Assembly: GCA_028534125.1 (NCBI GenBank) | Contig: CM052818.1 | Coordinates: forward strand, 4,776,001-4,840,000 | DNA from: Lama glama | Taxonomy: Eukaryota | Direction of reading: 5' to 3' | Length of the DNA stretch: 64,000 nucleotides | In this document: in pieces, positions 37,961-50,974 of the stretch | How the letters are laid out: every line of letters starts with the position of its first letter | Position numbering within the stretch: the first letter of the stretch is position 1 | Position numbers and translations under genes: made by a program | The notes under the pieces: generated by a model | Database searches by the model: none | Seen by the model: the letters and a program-made list of their open reading frames with translations, nothing else | Told to the model about the DNA's origin: nothing

Positions 37961-39354
37961 CTACTGTGCTGTGTCCTGCTCCTCCATCGTCTGAAATCAA
38001 CAGGCTGTGACGTCGATGTTAGTTTCACTTCACAGATCTGCCAAAAGGGACAGACAAGGAAAGTGAATTGTGCAGCAGACACGGCGCACAAGGTGGGGTG
38101 TCAGCACCAGGACTGTCCTGTCCTGCACGCAGCCCCAAGGTGGCGTCAGTGCTGGACTCAGACTGGCTCCTAGGATTTCTTTGTTTTTAAACTGCCTGTG
38201 CCTGCTCGTGTCCTGCCCCTTCTTACGGCCACCTCTTTCTCTCTGGGTTCTTCAGTCCTCACCTAGAGCTGCCTCTTTATAGAGCTCTTGGGAGGATCAT
38301 GCTGTGATGAAATCTCCAGGCTCTGCCTCTCTGCCAGTTTGGGTTTATTTCTGTTCAGACACAGATTTGGCCGGCAGGGCTGTTGACAGCTAGATGCTGA
38401 ATTCATTTCAGGTTGTTCCCCAAGCCCAGCCCACAAAAGGAAACCAAGCAAAGGATACTCTGGCTGTTTTCAGGAGACACATTCTAGGTTGCCTGAGAAC
38501 AGAGAATGCCAGGAGGGGATGGTGACAGCCCAGGCTGATGTGTGTTTACGACAGATTGACATATTTATATGAAATGAATATCTAGAGCAGTTTTGGAGGG
38601 ACAGAGGAGTCACAAAAAGCAACCCAGGGGTGTGAATAAATACGGGAAATAGTTTGACTTGCTGTACTTTGATAGTGGGGATTTTTGGTTTAACCATGTC
38701 TTGATGTGTTAAACCAACTTCATTTATACCTCCTTCTGCATCTCTGCTCCAGAGTTGTCGAAACCAGCAACCAGCCTTAATTTGTTGACTATTGGAGTGA
38801 CTTGGATGACAGGGCTCTCCCTGAACACTTTCTTAGTACCTCCTGGGAACGGAGGGCAGGCGGGTCTTCCTTGGCCTTTGCCAAGACAGTATTCAGGACA
38901 CCATGTCCCCCCACCCCCCAGTTGGAAACACCCTTCTCTGTTGTTGGAAACCAGAGCCAAAGAGCCAGCCCTGAGGCCAGGATTGGGGAGGAGGCGTGTG
39001 AGGGGCCACCTCTCCCTCCAGGCACTGATGCCGCCACACTACTGAACTCCAGTGTCACCAGGTTAACAGAGGCTAAAACGAATGGTGACTCGAGACTAGC
39101 CTAGTTGTGGAGGGGGTGCTGGAAACTGAACCAACTTGTCGCCAAGCTTGATGTAAGAGGGAACCAAGTATTTCAGTGGGTGAGGGGCTGCAGATGAGGC
39201 TTCTTGTACTGAAGTTCCAGTTATGTTTCAGTGTTTGCTAATATCAGGGTCGGGGAAGGAGAAAAACCCAAACTAGATGGGAAATAGGATAAACAGACCC
39301 AGTGACAAAGGCAGGGGGCTAACCCTGGGGGAACAAGAGCTTGCCCCTTGCCAT

Positions 39355-39535
39355 GGGCAGTTGTGTCCTTTTCAGGAAAGTCGCTTAACCTCCCTTTGCC
39401 TATTGTGAAAGGAATGACAGCCAATCCCAGACTGCTTACCGTAGAAAGTTGATTTGAGGATCAGATGAAATAAAGTGCACGAAAGCATTTTGTAAATTGG
39501 AAAGTACGGTCCAAATGGCAGAGTTTATTATTCTT
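39355..39535 (+). mobile_element. MIR SINE
   Basis: AAAGTCGCTTAACCTC...TGAGGATCAGATGAAATAA...GAAAGCATTTTGTAAA. Confidence 0.75.
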
Positions 39536-40079
39536 TCTTAATCCTGCCATTCCGCTGCTCGCTCCTCTCAAGGAACAGAAAATTGTTGGCACAGGATAAT
39601 TTTCACAGTTTGGAAGGAGGGGTAAGCTGTTGCCTTTGCACCCTCCGCTGCTAACATCTGTCACCCCTGCTCTGACAGCTGCTTCGAAGTTTCCAGTCTG
39701 AAAGTAACAGAACAGGGTGGGTCAGCCCCCCAGTCTCTCCTCTGTCGTACCCCAAACCTTATTAAAAAATTAACCTCTCTTCTCTTTCCATATGCTTGGA
39801 AAGAGGCCATGAAGGAAAGCTCTTGACAATCTTCTTGTCCCATTTTCATCCGGTTTGGGTTTCTCCCCTTCCCCCACCCCGATATTAACAAATGGCAACA
39901 TATAGCCAGAACGTCACTATGAGAAGCAGCGTTTGTAACCCCCTCCCCACTTTAATACTATGTTCCCCCCAGTGCAAAACTTGTGCGATGAATTGTTTTG
40001 TTTCTCAGCACCCCATCCAAGAAAATTTCCCATTCAGTAACGTTAATAATAATATATTTTTAAACCTTGACTTAAAATT

Positions 40080-40280
40080 ACAGTAAGTGCCAAGAGGCTC
40101 TAGTTGCTATTTTGTTGAAATAATATCAAGTTTCCTGTGATGCTTTACATGGCTGTCATCTCTGTAATATGATACGTCCATGATTTATTGACCTACTAAA
40201 AGCGCTGTCATTGACTTGTCATAATAAACTTTTCTTAAAATATTAAAGCATGGAACACTGAGTAATCGCTCAAACCAGGA
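40080..40280. promoter_or_regulatory. Candidate PBX-HOX/MEIS enhancer (CNE-like)
   Basis: CTGTCA 40153, TGATTTATTG 40181, CTGTCA 40205, TTGTCA 40216 in repeat-free AT-rich DNA. Confidence 0.5.
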
Positions 40281-42124
40281 CAGAGCCTCAATTAGGTTGT
40301 GGGTTTGGACTTGGCAGCCTGAAGTTCATCTTTTGCGCCTTGAAAATGAAAGTTCTGCCTTGGCTCCCTCACATTTCTTAATCTCCCCACCCACAGGGTT
40401 AGTTGTCACCAAACAGATTGGCAGAGAGGAGGGGACAGCATGTGAGAAACTCTGAATATGAAGGACTGACCGTAAGCTTCAGCCCGAGGGTCAGGGCTGT
40501 GTCTGGGAAGGCTTTCTGGCCCCAGCAGAGACAGATCCAAACACAGTGATGCTCGCCTGACTAGTTTTTCTTTATCAACAGGCTTTGTATCCACTGGGGT
40601 GGCGTGGGTGGGGGTTCATTTTTTTCACAGAGGGAAATCTCTTTAGCCCTGGAATCTGAGTTTATTGTCCATGGATAGGGGAGCAAGGAGGAATTTTGGA
40701 TTGGGGAATACCCAGGCGTAGCCATGACACGTGGAAGCTTCACAGTCAAGTGTCTGCCTCTCTCCAGGGATCTGTACCTTTTCACCTGTCATTCCTTCTG
40801 GCAGGTCCTCCTGGCTTCGGTACTGAAGGATGTGGACCACTATTATCCATTGAAATGCTCATGCTCTGACTCTGGTCTTCTCAGCTGGCGATTCTGACAA
40901 GCTTATGGTGAGGGGATAGGGCTGGGAGATCCTCCCTATGTAATATGCAGGTATTTAAAGTAGAGGTTTAGGCAAATCAATAAAAGTACAAGGATTGGGG
41001 TAAGGTTGGGGGACATGGGAATGCGGGAGAGATAAGCAGGGATAAGAGAGAAGGCTAAAAAGAAGTAAGAAAGTACTGATGAGAAAGTCAAGTAATAAGC
41101 CACAATCTCAGAGGAAAAACAATAACGCATTTATGGGTATGTGTTTTTATAAATAGAGATCCATCATCATACACAACCAAAACCACAACAGTGTTGAACT
41201 ATCATCAAATTACCTTTGAGAGTAAACTTGAATGTAACTTTTGGCCAGATTAAATTTTATATGAACTCTTACAATTTTTTTTTCTGTTTTTAATCCATAG
41301 AAATTTCACTTGCTGGAAGGACTGGATGAGAGATGGTTGTAATCATTTTTTAACTGAGGGAAAACACATTTTGAGAAGAAACAGTGTGTATCTGTAGCAA
41401 TATATAATACATATCCATAAAGTTTTATTATACTTTAAAGTCATTTTGTCAGATTAAAAGCACAAGTGCATAAATATATTTAAATATATATAGAACTTTG
41501 CTCACAAAATGACCACATTTGGTTCATCAGGAGATGTAAAAGCTTGAACAAGTCTTTAACAAAAAAAAAAAAAAAAAAGAAGAGTTGCCTGGAACAAAAT
41601 ATGCTTGCTTACTGACAGGTTTAATGTAGGAGACAAAATTTATGTAAAGAAAATGCTTGTGTTTTCATTTCAGGAAACCAAAACTGCACTTGAGAAAGAC
41701 ATCTGATTTTTTTTTTGCTGTTGTTATGATTTCACATTTTTAGAATAAAGAAGAAAAGATACAAATATTAACTTTCATATTCCACTAGCCCTTTAATGCT
41801 CAATGTTGTCAAGGTGAATGGATCAAAATATTGAGGGAAGTTCCATTATATTCTGCTCCAGTCGAATGCTAAGAAATCTGTCACTAAATCTCCATCACAG
41901 TCTTGCTCAGAGACTGAGATAAGAAAGCATTTTAAAAGAGAGGGCTTTAGATGGCTCTATAAATATAAAATAAAACATTTTCAGTTACCTGTTACTGGAA
42001 ATGTTAATATGAGATGGTTATCTTATGGCTGCTGTAGATCTTAAGCCCCTTGAGAGGAGGCAGGAGTTAATCAGGCAGACGGTATGACTCTAGGACCCAG
42101 GAGACGCACTAGGCACTCTGAGGA

Positions 42125-42545
42125 TACATTCATTTTTCTTTCTTGTGCAGCACAGATTTACTGAGTCCATATTGTCTTCTAGGTCCTCTGGAAAACACAA
42201 CCAACATGGCAGTAAACACATCTTAAGACTCCTCCTCGTGTTTATATTCTAGCAGAAAGGACTGATAAAATATGGAAGACTTTTTTTTTTTAAACCTCAA
42301 ATTGCTTATAAACTGGAGTGGAATGCAAAGAAACGCTTTCAAAAAAGAGCAAAGACTACAGGGTATGTAATAAAAAGTGTATATGTTCGGACACTCAGAA
42401 CTCCTGAAAGATAGAAAACCATGAGCTATGGAAAACTTTCAAAGGAGATGCAGTGCCTTTGGCTTTGAAAGGTGCATGAGATTGGGAAGGAAAGAAAGAA
42501 GGGGCTCTTGACAGGAGGAACATCAGTGGGCAGGGATAAGCGTAA
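42125..42545 (-). mobile_element. LINE-2 3' region (degenerate)
   Basis: ATTCATT...ATTTACTGAGTCCAT...GTTTATATTCTAGCAG and downstream purine-rich L2-like sequence. Confidence 0.55.
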
Positions 42546-43599
42546 AGGGCTCTGCATCCTCTTTATTCTCAGCTGGGCTGGTTGGGTGTCAAGGACTGGG
42601 TGGGCATCCTACAGGCGTGGCTCCCTCCCCTGCTCTTCCTTCAGCTCTTGCCCACTTCTTATTGTTGACAGAATGAGGGAAAGACTGGCTTACAGCACAT
42701 GTCAACATTGGCAATATTCACGCAGGGTGAAACACCAAGGAGATGCCTTTACCCACATTTGAAATCAATGCCTTGATGACAGAACTCTTTCTTAGAACTG
42801 GAATGCGGGAGGTCCCATGGGTCTCGTGTTGCCTTCCCCTGGAAAAGCTGGGGAGAAACCAGGGTTGGACTGCGACTCACAGGAACCTGGTGTTGGATGT
42901 AAGGAATTTGGTTTGGCTCCTTGAGGAAGCCACTTGATTGGGGCTCAGATAAACCAAACATAAACTGCAAATCCCTCGGCTTTTTTTGAGAACTATATTT
43001 AAAGGTTTAAAGGAGTTTTTCCCCTTGGAAAAATGGTGGGTGGAGAGAAGTCTATGTCAGGGATAAGATGTTAGTTCTTCGTTCTTTTCTAAAGAATGTC
43101 TCGTGGTAAAAAGAATTGTAGGTCCAAATAGAAACAGAGAGAAACACAATTCGTTTAGACAAAGTCAGTCAAATCCCTTTGCTTGCTGTTATGGAAACCA
43201 AACAACTGCTGGACTGAATGATACTAACAATGTATTTTTATTTTTAGCCATTCTTAGAAACTTGTGGAGACACAGCCTGAGTTTACACAGTCTTCGATTA
43301 ACTCCAATAGCTCGCATAATCTATGGGAAAAAATGAACTACACCAGTGATAGTCTTAATGTTCTAAAAGGAAATGCATGGAGTCTACATACAAAAAAAAT
43401 CACAGAAAAATAAACTTTACATTAAAAAAATCAAGAAAACATGTGAAGAGTAAAACTCCAAATTTAATAAACTGCACAGTGGCTTCTAGAAGGACAAGCA
43501 TGTGTCTTCCAAAGAGGTCTGGTGAGTCTTTGCAATACAGCACGAGCTAATGAGCTTGCTATCCTTTGATGTAAAATCCAATACATCGAGAGGGGAGAA

Positions 43600-44348
43600 A
43601 ATGTCTATTGAAAATAAGTGAGGTAAATGATTGAATAAATAAATGCATGGGAAAGAACGGTCAAATCTGCCTTAAAGGAGAAATTCAAATTATGTAAGTA
43701 GATACCTCTTCCCCAGGAGATAGAGCTTAATTCCCTCCCTCCCCTCAAGTGGGTGTTGGATGGTGTAACGTGCTTCCAATGAACAGAGTATGGGAAGGAA
43801 AAAAATAGTAACTTTACGGAGGAGAAACCTGGTAGATATCATCTTAACAGACTGAGCAAGGTGAATATCACCAGTAATAAATCATGTCGATTCCCATATA
43901 CCCTCTTAAATAATGCAGTGAGAAGGGTACTTCACCTCTATGGCATTATTTCCAAAAGCCCACAGCCTCAGTCTGGTTGTGAGAAACCATCAGACAAACG
44001 GAGGAATGTTCTATAGAATATGTGGCCAGTATTCCTCAAAAGGGTCAAGGTCCTGGGGAACAAGGAAAGACTGTGTGGCTGTTAGTGTCCAGAAGAGACT
44101 AGAGGCGTGCCCAAAGGCAAAATAGTGTCCTGGGTTGGATCTTGGAACAGAAGAAGGACAGTAGTGGAAAAACTGGTGAAATCCAAATGAAGGGAGGAGT
44201 TTAGTTAATAGTAACATACCAGTGTTGATTTCTTAGCTTTGGCAAGTACATCATGGTCATGTAAGATGTTAACGTTGGGGGAAGCTGGGTGAAGGGCATA
44301 CGGGAACTATTATCTTTGCAACTTCCCTGTAAATAAAAAATGATTCAA
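43600..44348 (+). mobile_element. Old LINE-1 3' UTR (L1MC/L1MD-like)
   Basis: AATAGTAACTTTACGGAGGAGAAACCTGG...CAAGGTGAATATCACCAGTAATAA...GTAAGATGTTAACGTTGGGGGAAGCTGGGTGAAGGGCATACGGGAACT...TCTTTGCAACTT. Confidence 0.88.
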
Positions 44349-45352
44349 GTGATTACTGATTTTTGTTTTTTCTACTGTCTCCTCTCCATCCTAGATTCCA
44401 TGAGTGTAGGATTTGTACCTTTACTTAAGTTCCTTGATTTATCACAGGAGAAACTCTTCTTTGCTAAATCAAAGCAGACAGTGAAAAATTCCCCCTCATT
44501 TAAAGCTCTTTGGCTTTTTATTTTTTGGCTTCTTCTTGGGTGCCATGAGGTCCCAGTATATTTATAAAACTCTTGAGTTATCTGTATTCATAAAGTCATG
44601 AGAAGGTGAATTTTTTAAAAATCTGAAAGTGGTAATACCCTCAAAAATTAGATTCAAAGGGCTGTAAGTAGCTAGATTATCAAGTAAAGATATATTTAAG
44701 GTGAGATAGCAACTGTACTTTTAAATACCACCAATCCTTGATGTTCTATTACAGAACCTCACATCTTGAGCGCAATATTTCAGAATATCCAAGCAAAGGA
44801 CAAGGGACAAAAGATACGCTTTCTTCTTATTTAAAGGTTTCCTTTCATTTTATTGCAGGGCCCTGGGGTAGCCTCTCAGCTCAGCCCAGTGTTCACCAAT
44901 CACTTGCTAATAACTGGAGCTGAAAGAGGGCTCTGCCCTAATGCCATTATGCTCAAGAGTTATGATTGATTGTGTTATAGTGTGTTTTTGAAACCTAATT
45001 ACTGTCTGAGTGAGTATCTGAACTCATTAATCTTTGGTCCTGTAAATAAGTAAAATTGACTAAATAACTGGATTTCTCTAATGATGGCTTAGGTTATCTT
45101 TGGACCTACTGCCTTGCCCTACCCTCTTTGGGGCAGCAAATTATTTTGCTTAATGGTAATTGCTCCCCAGTTTTGAAATCAATTTGTAAAAGTCGGCTTA
45201 TAAAACAATTTTCCGTGTTGCCCTGTGATTGCTTGGTCCCTACTCTGTCTTTGTGGTATAATGAGCACATCCCGTGATGTGTTCACAAGTCATTGTGTAT
45301 GCTGATGACCCTCCTCTCAAAGGAGGGTCACATCACTTAATGAGATAAGAAG

Positions 45353-45353
<1 letters not shown>

Positions 45354-45386
<33 letters not shown>
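45354..45386. repeat. (TG)16 microsatellite
   Basis: Direct reading. Confidence 0.97.
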
Positions 45387-45389
<3 letters not shown>

Positions 45390-45730
45390 TGTTTGTCAGG
45401 GGAGGAACGAGTCAGAAGGATGGCTTTATTTTTACCTTATTAACTCTACCTTGGTTTTCTCCTCCCCATCAAAAGAGAAAAGAATTTCTTGTAGCACAGC
45501 CTGTTCCATGCACTCCACATAACGTAGTAATCAGGAAAGGTGATTTCCTTCTGTTTTCTCTACTGTCCAACTCCAGCATCACTAGGGTGGGGGGCTTCAC
45601 TGTATGTTCTCCCTTCTTTGATTTTTTTTTTCATGTTTTCCCATTGTTACCGTTTTAGTATCTATTAGAACTGTTCCCTAGATAGTAGGTCTATACAGAA
45701 GAGGATTAGGCAATGTTTATAGGCACACTG

Positions 45731-47610
45731 GGACTTCTGCCTCCAGCCAAGATGGAGTAAGGTAGACCAGATATGGCCTCCCTCTGACACAGTTGAAAAT
45801 CAAGACATTGGACCTCAGGTATCAAAGGAAAGAGATCCCTGAGAAAGGAGAACGAATGAATTGAGCCCTCCAAATGCTACCACTTGTAGCCTTGAGAAAG
45901 TTTATAAGGCTATGGCTTAGGGAGAGAACACACCCTGAATGAAAAGATGAAGTTTAAAATCCGGGGTTATCAAGGTGGCTAACAGTACTGGGACAGAGTG
46001 ACAGAGAAGGAGACATTCTATAGAAAGAAAACTCTGGATATCAAAGACAGTCCTCTCTGAATGTTCAGCGGAGTGCTAATCAGCCTGTCTGAAAGAAGAA
46101 GTTACCCTGGAGGCAGAAAGAATCACTCAGAAGTATTAGAGGGAACAGGACCCGACATTCACACAAGGCAAGGGACAGTACTTGGTTCCACTAGTCAGAC
46201 TGGAAAGTTTCACAATTCATTGGGCATCAGGTAGAATCTTTAGAATGATTTTGCTTTAGTAATAGGGAACAAATACCCTTAAACCCAAGGCTACCTAGTG
46301 AAGCTGAAAAACAAGCCAGGCATGGACAAAATTTTCCAAATAACTTAATATCTCAGAACAAAGTTCAAAACTATTTATATGAATTCAAAATACCTGGCAT
46401 CCAGCAAAATAAAATTCACAATGCTTAGCATCCAATTAAAAATTGCCAGGCATGCAAAGAAGCAAGAATCCATAACCCATCCGAGTTGAAAAATCAGTTA
46501 ATCAGAATCAACCTAGAACTGACAATGAGGTTAGAATTAGCAGACAAGGACATTAAAAAACAGTTATTGTAACTGCATTTCATATGTTGAAGAAGCTAGA
46601 AAAAAGGTTGAGCGGGTTGAAGAGAGACATGGAAGATGGTTAAAAAAAAAAAGCCCAAATCAAAGTTTTAAAGATGAAAACGACAATGTCTGAGATGAAA
46701 AACACATCTGATGGGATCTGCAACAAATCAGACACTGCAGAAAGAAAACGTTAGTGGACTTGAAGACATCGCAATAGCAACTACCCCAAGGAAACACACT
46801 GAGAAGTAATAAAGCTCAAGAGAAAAGCGAACAGAGCACCTGCATACTGTGGGACAAGTGCAGTCAGCCTAGCACGCATGTTATCGGAGGTCTCAAAGCG
46901 GGGGAGGGATGAGCCATAAACACATTTTAAGAAAGAATGGCTAAAAAATTTTCCAAATTTGATGAAAACTGGGAATTCACAGATCCGAGAAACAATGAAC
47001 TCCAATCACAAGAAACATAAAGAAGACCACACGATGTGGTAATCAAATTACTCAAGGCTAGCCATAGAGGAAACCTTAAAAACAAAACAAAACAAAACAA
47101 AACAAAACAAGATGCATTACACACAGAGGGAAAAAGATCAAGAGGATGGACTATTTGTTATTAGGGAAAAAGGTAAGCAAGAAGCCAGTGGAGCAGTGTC
47201 TCTAAAATTCTAAAATAAAATAAAGCTAGAATTGTATTCCCAGTGAGGACAGCTTTCAAAATGAAGGCAAAATAAAGACTTTTTCAGACACACAAAAGCT
47301 GGAAAAATGTGTCATCAGAAATGTATTGCAAGAAATGTTAAAGAAAATTCTCTAAGCAGAAGGGCGACACCCAATAGGGATATAAACCTGTATAACATGA
47401 TAAAGAGCGTCAGAAACTTTAGCTACATGGCTAAATTTGTAAGGTTTCATTCTTATTAGCAAAGTCTCTTTAAAAGACAATGGATTGTTTAAAAAATAAT
47501 AATACAGTATAACATGGTCTACAGTATATTATGTGTCACAGTAAAACATGTGACAACAACAGCACGGAGCCTGGGAGGAGAGAAAGGGGAGGATGTGCAC
47601 TGTGAAGCCA
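45731..47610 (+). mobile_element. Old LINE-1 (L1M) 5' UTR + decayed ORF1 + inter-ORF spacer
   Basis: Starts GGACTTCTGCCTCCAGCCAAGATGGAGTAA; frameshifted ORF1-like segments such as ...NFPNLMKT... (about 46945) and ...NEGKIKTFSDTQKL...LQEMLKKIL (about 47260-47352). Confidence 0.88.
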
Positions 47611-47649
47611 CTCATAAATCAACATTTACTGCTTAGTAAGGGGGCAAAT

Positions 47650-48448
47650 ACTGTTCATTTAGCGGCTATTAGGCATTAGAGACTGTTCTAGTGGTTCCAG
47701 ATACAATGGAGAACAGAACAGTAAGATTCCTGATTTCATGAATTGTGCATTTCACTGAACTGGCAGTTAACAGACAAATAAACAGAGTTATAGACTGTTG
47801 GAGAGGCCACGGAAGGAATAAACAGGATACTATAACAGAGAATACCAAGGTAGGTAGAAATAAGTTACAGTGATCAAGAAAGTTATGAAACGACAAGGGG
47901 GACATCTGTCCTGAGACCTGAGAGATGAGAAGCCAAGATTCCAGCCCAGCTGAGAATCAAGGGAGAGGATGTCAGGTTGAGATAACTTCTGAGCAAAGGC
48001 CCTGAAGGTGTCAGAACTCGGCCACTTCTAGAAACTGTCCAAGGGCCAGGGTGGCTGAACTATAGTGAGAGAGGGGTAGAAAGGTGCGAGACCATGCTGG
48101 GGCAGAGGTCAGCTCACGCAGGGTCTTGGGACCATGGTCAGGGATTTGGGCTTCATTCTAAGCTCAGTGGGAAAACACTGACGAGTTTCAGCTAGGGAGT
48201 GTGACGGTATGGTTTCCCTTAAACAAGATAATCTCATTCTAGTATGGAGAGTGGAAGGTAAGGAGTAAGGATGGAAACAAGGAGACTGGTCGGGAGGCTG
48301 CCTCAGTGGTTGAGGCAAAGATGATGGTGGTGCGAGTAGAGACAATGGCAGTAAGAAGATGAGAGCTAATTAGATGAAAATATATTTTTGAAGTAGAATG
48401 AACAGGGCTTGAAGACTGAATACGGAGTCGAAGGAAAGGGAGAATCTA
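47650..48448 (-). mobile_element. LINE-2 3' region
   Basis: ACTGTTCTAG...GATACAATGGAGAACAGAACAG...CTGAGACCTGAG...GCAAAGGCCCTGA...GGCCAGGGTGGCTG...GGGATTTGGGCTTCATTCTAAG. Confidence 0.85.
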
Positions 48449-48511
48449 GTAAGCAGTGGAGCTGGGATTGGAACCAGGTCTGTCTGAACTCAAGAATTTT
48501 TTTCTTTTTGC

Positions 48512-48649
48512 GGGGAGGGTATAGCTCAGTGGTTGAGTGCATGCTTAGTAGGCATGAGGTCCTGGGTTCAATCCCCAGTACCTCCATTAAATAAGTAAGT
48601 GAATAAACCTCATTACCTACCCCCTCAAAAACAAAGCAGAACCAAAAAA
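48512..48649 (+). mobile_element. Camelid tRNA-Ala-derived SINE (vic-1 type), long form
   Basis: GGGGAGGGTATAGCTCAGTGGTTGAGTGCATGCTTAGTAGGCATGAGGTCCTGGGTTCAATCCCCAGTACCTCCA + AATAAACCTCATTACCT + A-tail. Confidence 0.93.
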
Positions 48650-50314
48650 GAGTTTGTTTTCAGTGCTGCCGTGAATAGGCTGAACACCCATTCTGAATGG
48701 CATAGCTCCCGAGTCATGACATGTCAGAAAGGCTAACACCTAACAGGTTTTGCCATTAAGGGCTAAGCCAGCTGACACTAAACAAAACGTGTGCTTGGAA
48801 CTAAATGCTACCCACAGTGTTATAGACGTTCAGTGGGAGAGGAGGGGAGTGTTGACTCAGAGGAGTGTGCTTTGACGGGAAGGAGAGAGCATCATGTGGA
48901 GGGTGAACAGTGTGAGCAAAGACCTGGAGTTGGGGAGTCACACAGAGTTTACAGGGAACAATAGCTCAACCGTCATGGCTTTAATAGTTAAAAAACAAAC
49001 AAACAAACAAAAACCCCAAAACCCTGAAGAGCACTGGCTTTGAATAGGTAGCTGTAGGTGGAGTTGGACAGCTCAGAATGATTGGATGGTGGTGCAAAAC
49101 CTTTAAGTGATAACTTTCAGATAGATGAATTTACCATCTATTGATTAAGATTGGAGAACGGAGGTCATACATTACATGCCCCAGAACAATCATTTTAAGG
49201 AAAAATTAGGGGTAGCACGCAGCGGAGAAGTTGTCTTTCGTTGCCAAGCACGTAGACACCGCCTGAGACGATGGTGAGAGCAGAATCTGAAATGTTTTCA
49301 TTGTTTCAGATTTCTCTACCACTTCATCTAAATGAAAGGTATCTCCTTTAGCCCCTGCTCTTTCTTCACCGTGGTGTTCGTCTTTAAATGACTGAAACAT
49401 TGTGCTGTACGCCAGGGACCGACACAACGTTTGGCTTGATGATCGCAGATGGAGCTAACAAGACAGCACTTTTAACTCTCAAAAATAAGCAATAATATTA
49501 GAGCTACACAGCCAAAATATTAAAGCAAATGAATAAAAGAAGGTATCTCCTCCACAGGTTGGTTGTTTTATGCATAAACGTCTGACTTCCATGCGGGGAA
49601 TACATGTTTTGCATTTCCATCTGGCCAGAGACAATAATTCAAATTTCTGACGTTTGATTCATATCACCTTTCAGGCCACAGTTTCAAGCGAGGTCCCTGT
49701 GCATCTAATCCATCACAGAATACAAGCTGCTTCTTTGGGAGAAGGTTGGCTCGTTGGTAATTGCTCCCTTCTAAGATCTGGGTGCACTGAAAAATTAGGA
49801 AGAAGTCACTATTTGGGTCCTGGTGGGGACCCAGCCCTCAGCACCGACCCTCCTCCTGAGGGATAGTCATCTGCTCCTGGCCCTTGGTGATGCTTTGTGT
49901 TTTTTCACCTCTGCATATTTGCTGCTCAGACCTACTATTTAGGACCTTCTGTTCCTCTCTGTCTACTTCCATGGCTTCCACCAGACTTCCAGGCCCAGTG
50001 AAAACCCCACAGCCTTTGCACGGCCCCCTGACCACACCAACATGACCCGATGGCTTTCTCTTTCTCTGTTTTGGCTCTTCGTTGTTCTGAATTTTTTATG
50101 ATCTTCTCACGTCTATCTGTCCAATCTCCCAACTAGACGTGGATAGATGAGTATCAGAGGGATGTTAAAGCAAGTGATCGTCTATTGCAAACTTCTCAGT
50201 CTTCAAACTTCTGACCCTGTGCTCTTTTGTGTGTGTCATACTGTTCCTTCTTAATTTTACCATGCCCATTAACTTCTGAGGGCACTGATTTGTACCTTCC
50301 TTGAGTCATTATTT

Positions 50315-50935
50315 ATACATCATTAAGTAAATATTCATTGAGCGTCTGTTGGATGCCAGGCTCCATCCTAGGCGCTGGAGATATATATATAGCAGTGACC
50401 TTGAGAACGTGACCTTGTCCACTCTCTCAAGGAGCATGCATTTTAGTGGAGGACAAAGCAAATCAGCAAGTAAGTAAACAAACAAAATACTTTTCAAGAA
50501 TCAGTGCTATATACAAAACTGAAGAGGACGAGTAGGGTGGTAGGCTAGAGGGGGTGGTGAGAGGAAGATGCTACTTTAGCTCAGGTGGTCAGCAGAGGAG
50601 ACGGCATTTGCGCTGAGATCTGAATGGTGAGCTGGGGGCAGACTTGAGGGTGGGTTCTGGGAGAAGGGTGTTCCATGCAGAGTGCAGAGCAGACACCAGG
50701 ACCAAGATCAGAATGAGCTTGGTGTTTTCGAGGAGGAAAATAGCATTGTGGATGGAGGGGAGTCAGCAAGAAAAAGTGGGGCAGCAGAGGTGAGAGATAT
50801 TGAGGTAGGCTGGACGCAGAAGATGCGTGACCTTCGTGAGCCAAGGGAAGAGTCTGCAGGTCATTGTCAGAGGAAGCAGGAAGACCTGGAAGGCTGGATG
50901 CAGGGAAGTGACAATATAAGAGACACATTTGAAGC
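50315..50935 (-). mobile_element. LINE-2 3' region
   Basis: AAATATTCATTGAGCGTCTG...GCCAGGC...CTAGGCGCTGGAGATA...GCATTTGCGCTGAGATCTGAATG. Confidence 0.85.
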
Positions 50936-50974
50936 TGATGACTCAGAGGGAGGTTTTTTCCCTTTCTCTTCTTT

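Noticed and set aside
38685..38717. 10-bp inverted repeat TTGGTTTAAC...GTTAAACCAA
   Set aside because: Too short for a pre-miRNA or MITE; compatible with chance in 64 kb
48512..48586. tRNA-Ala-like sequences (also 12254, 17020, 21269)
   Set aside because: A-rich tails, TSDs and stem mismatches show SINE copies, not tRNA genes
49206..49427. 73-aa minus ORF in a mildly CpG-retaining segment
   Set aside because: No recognisable homology or convincing splice sites
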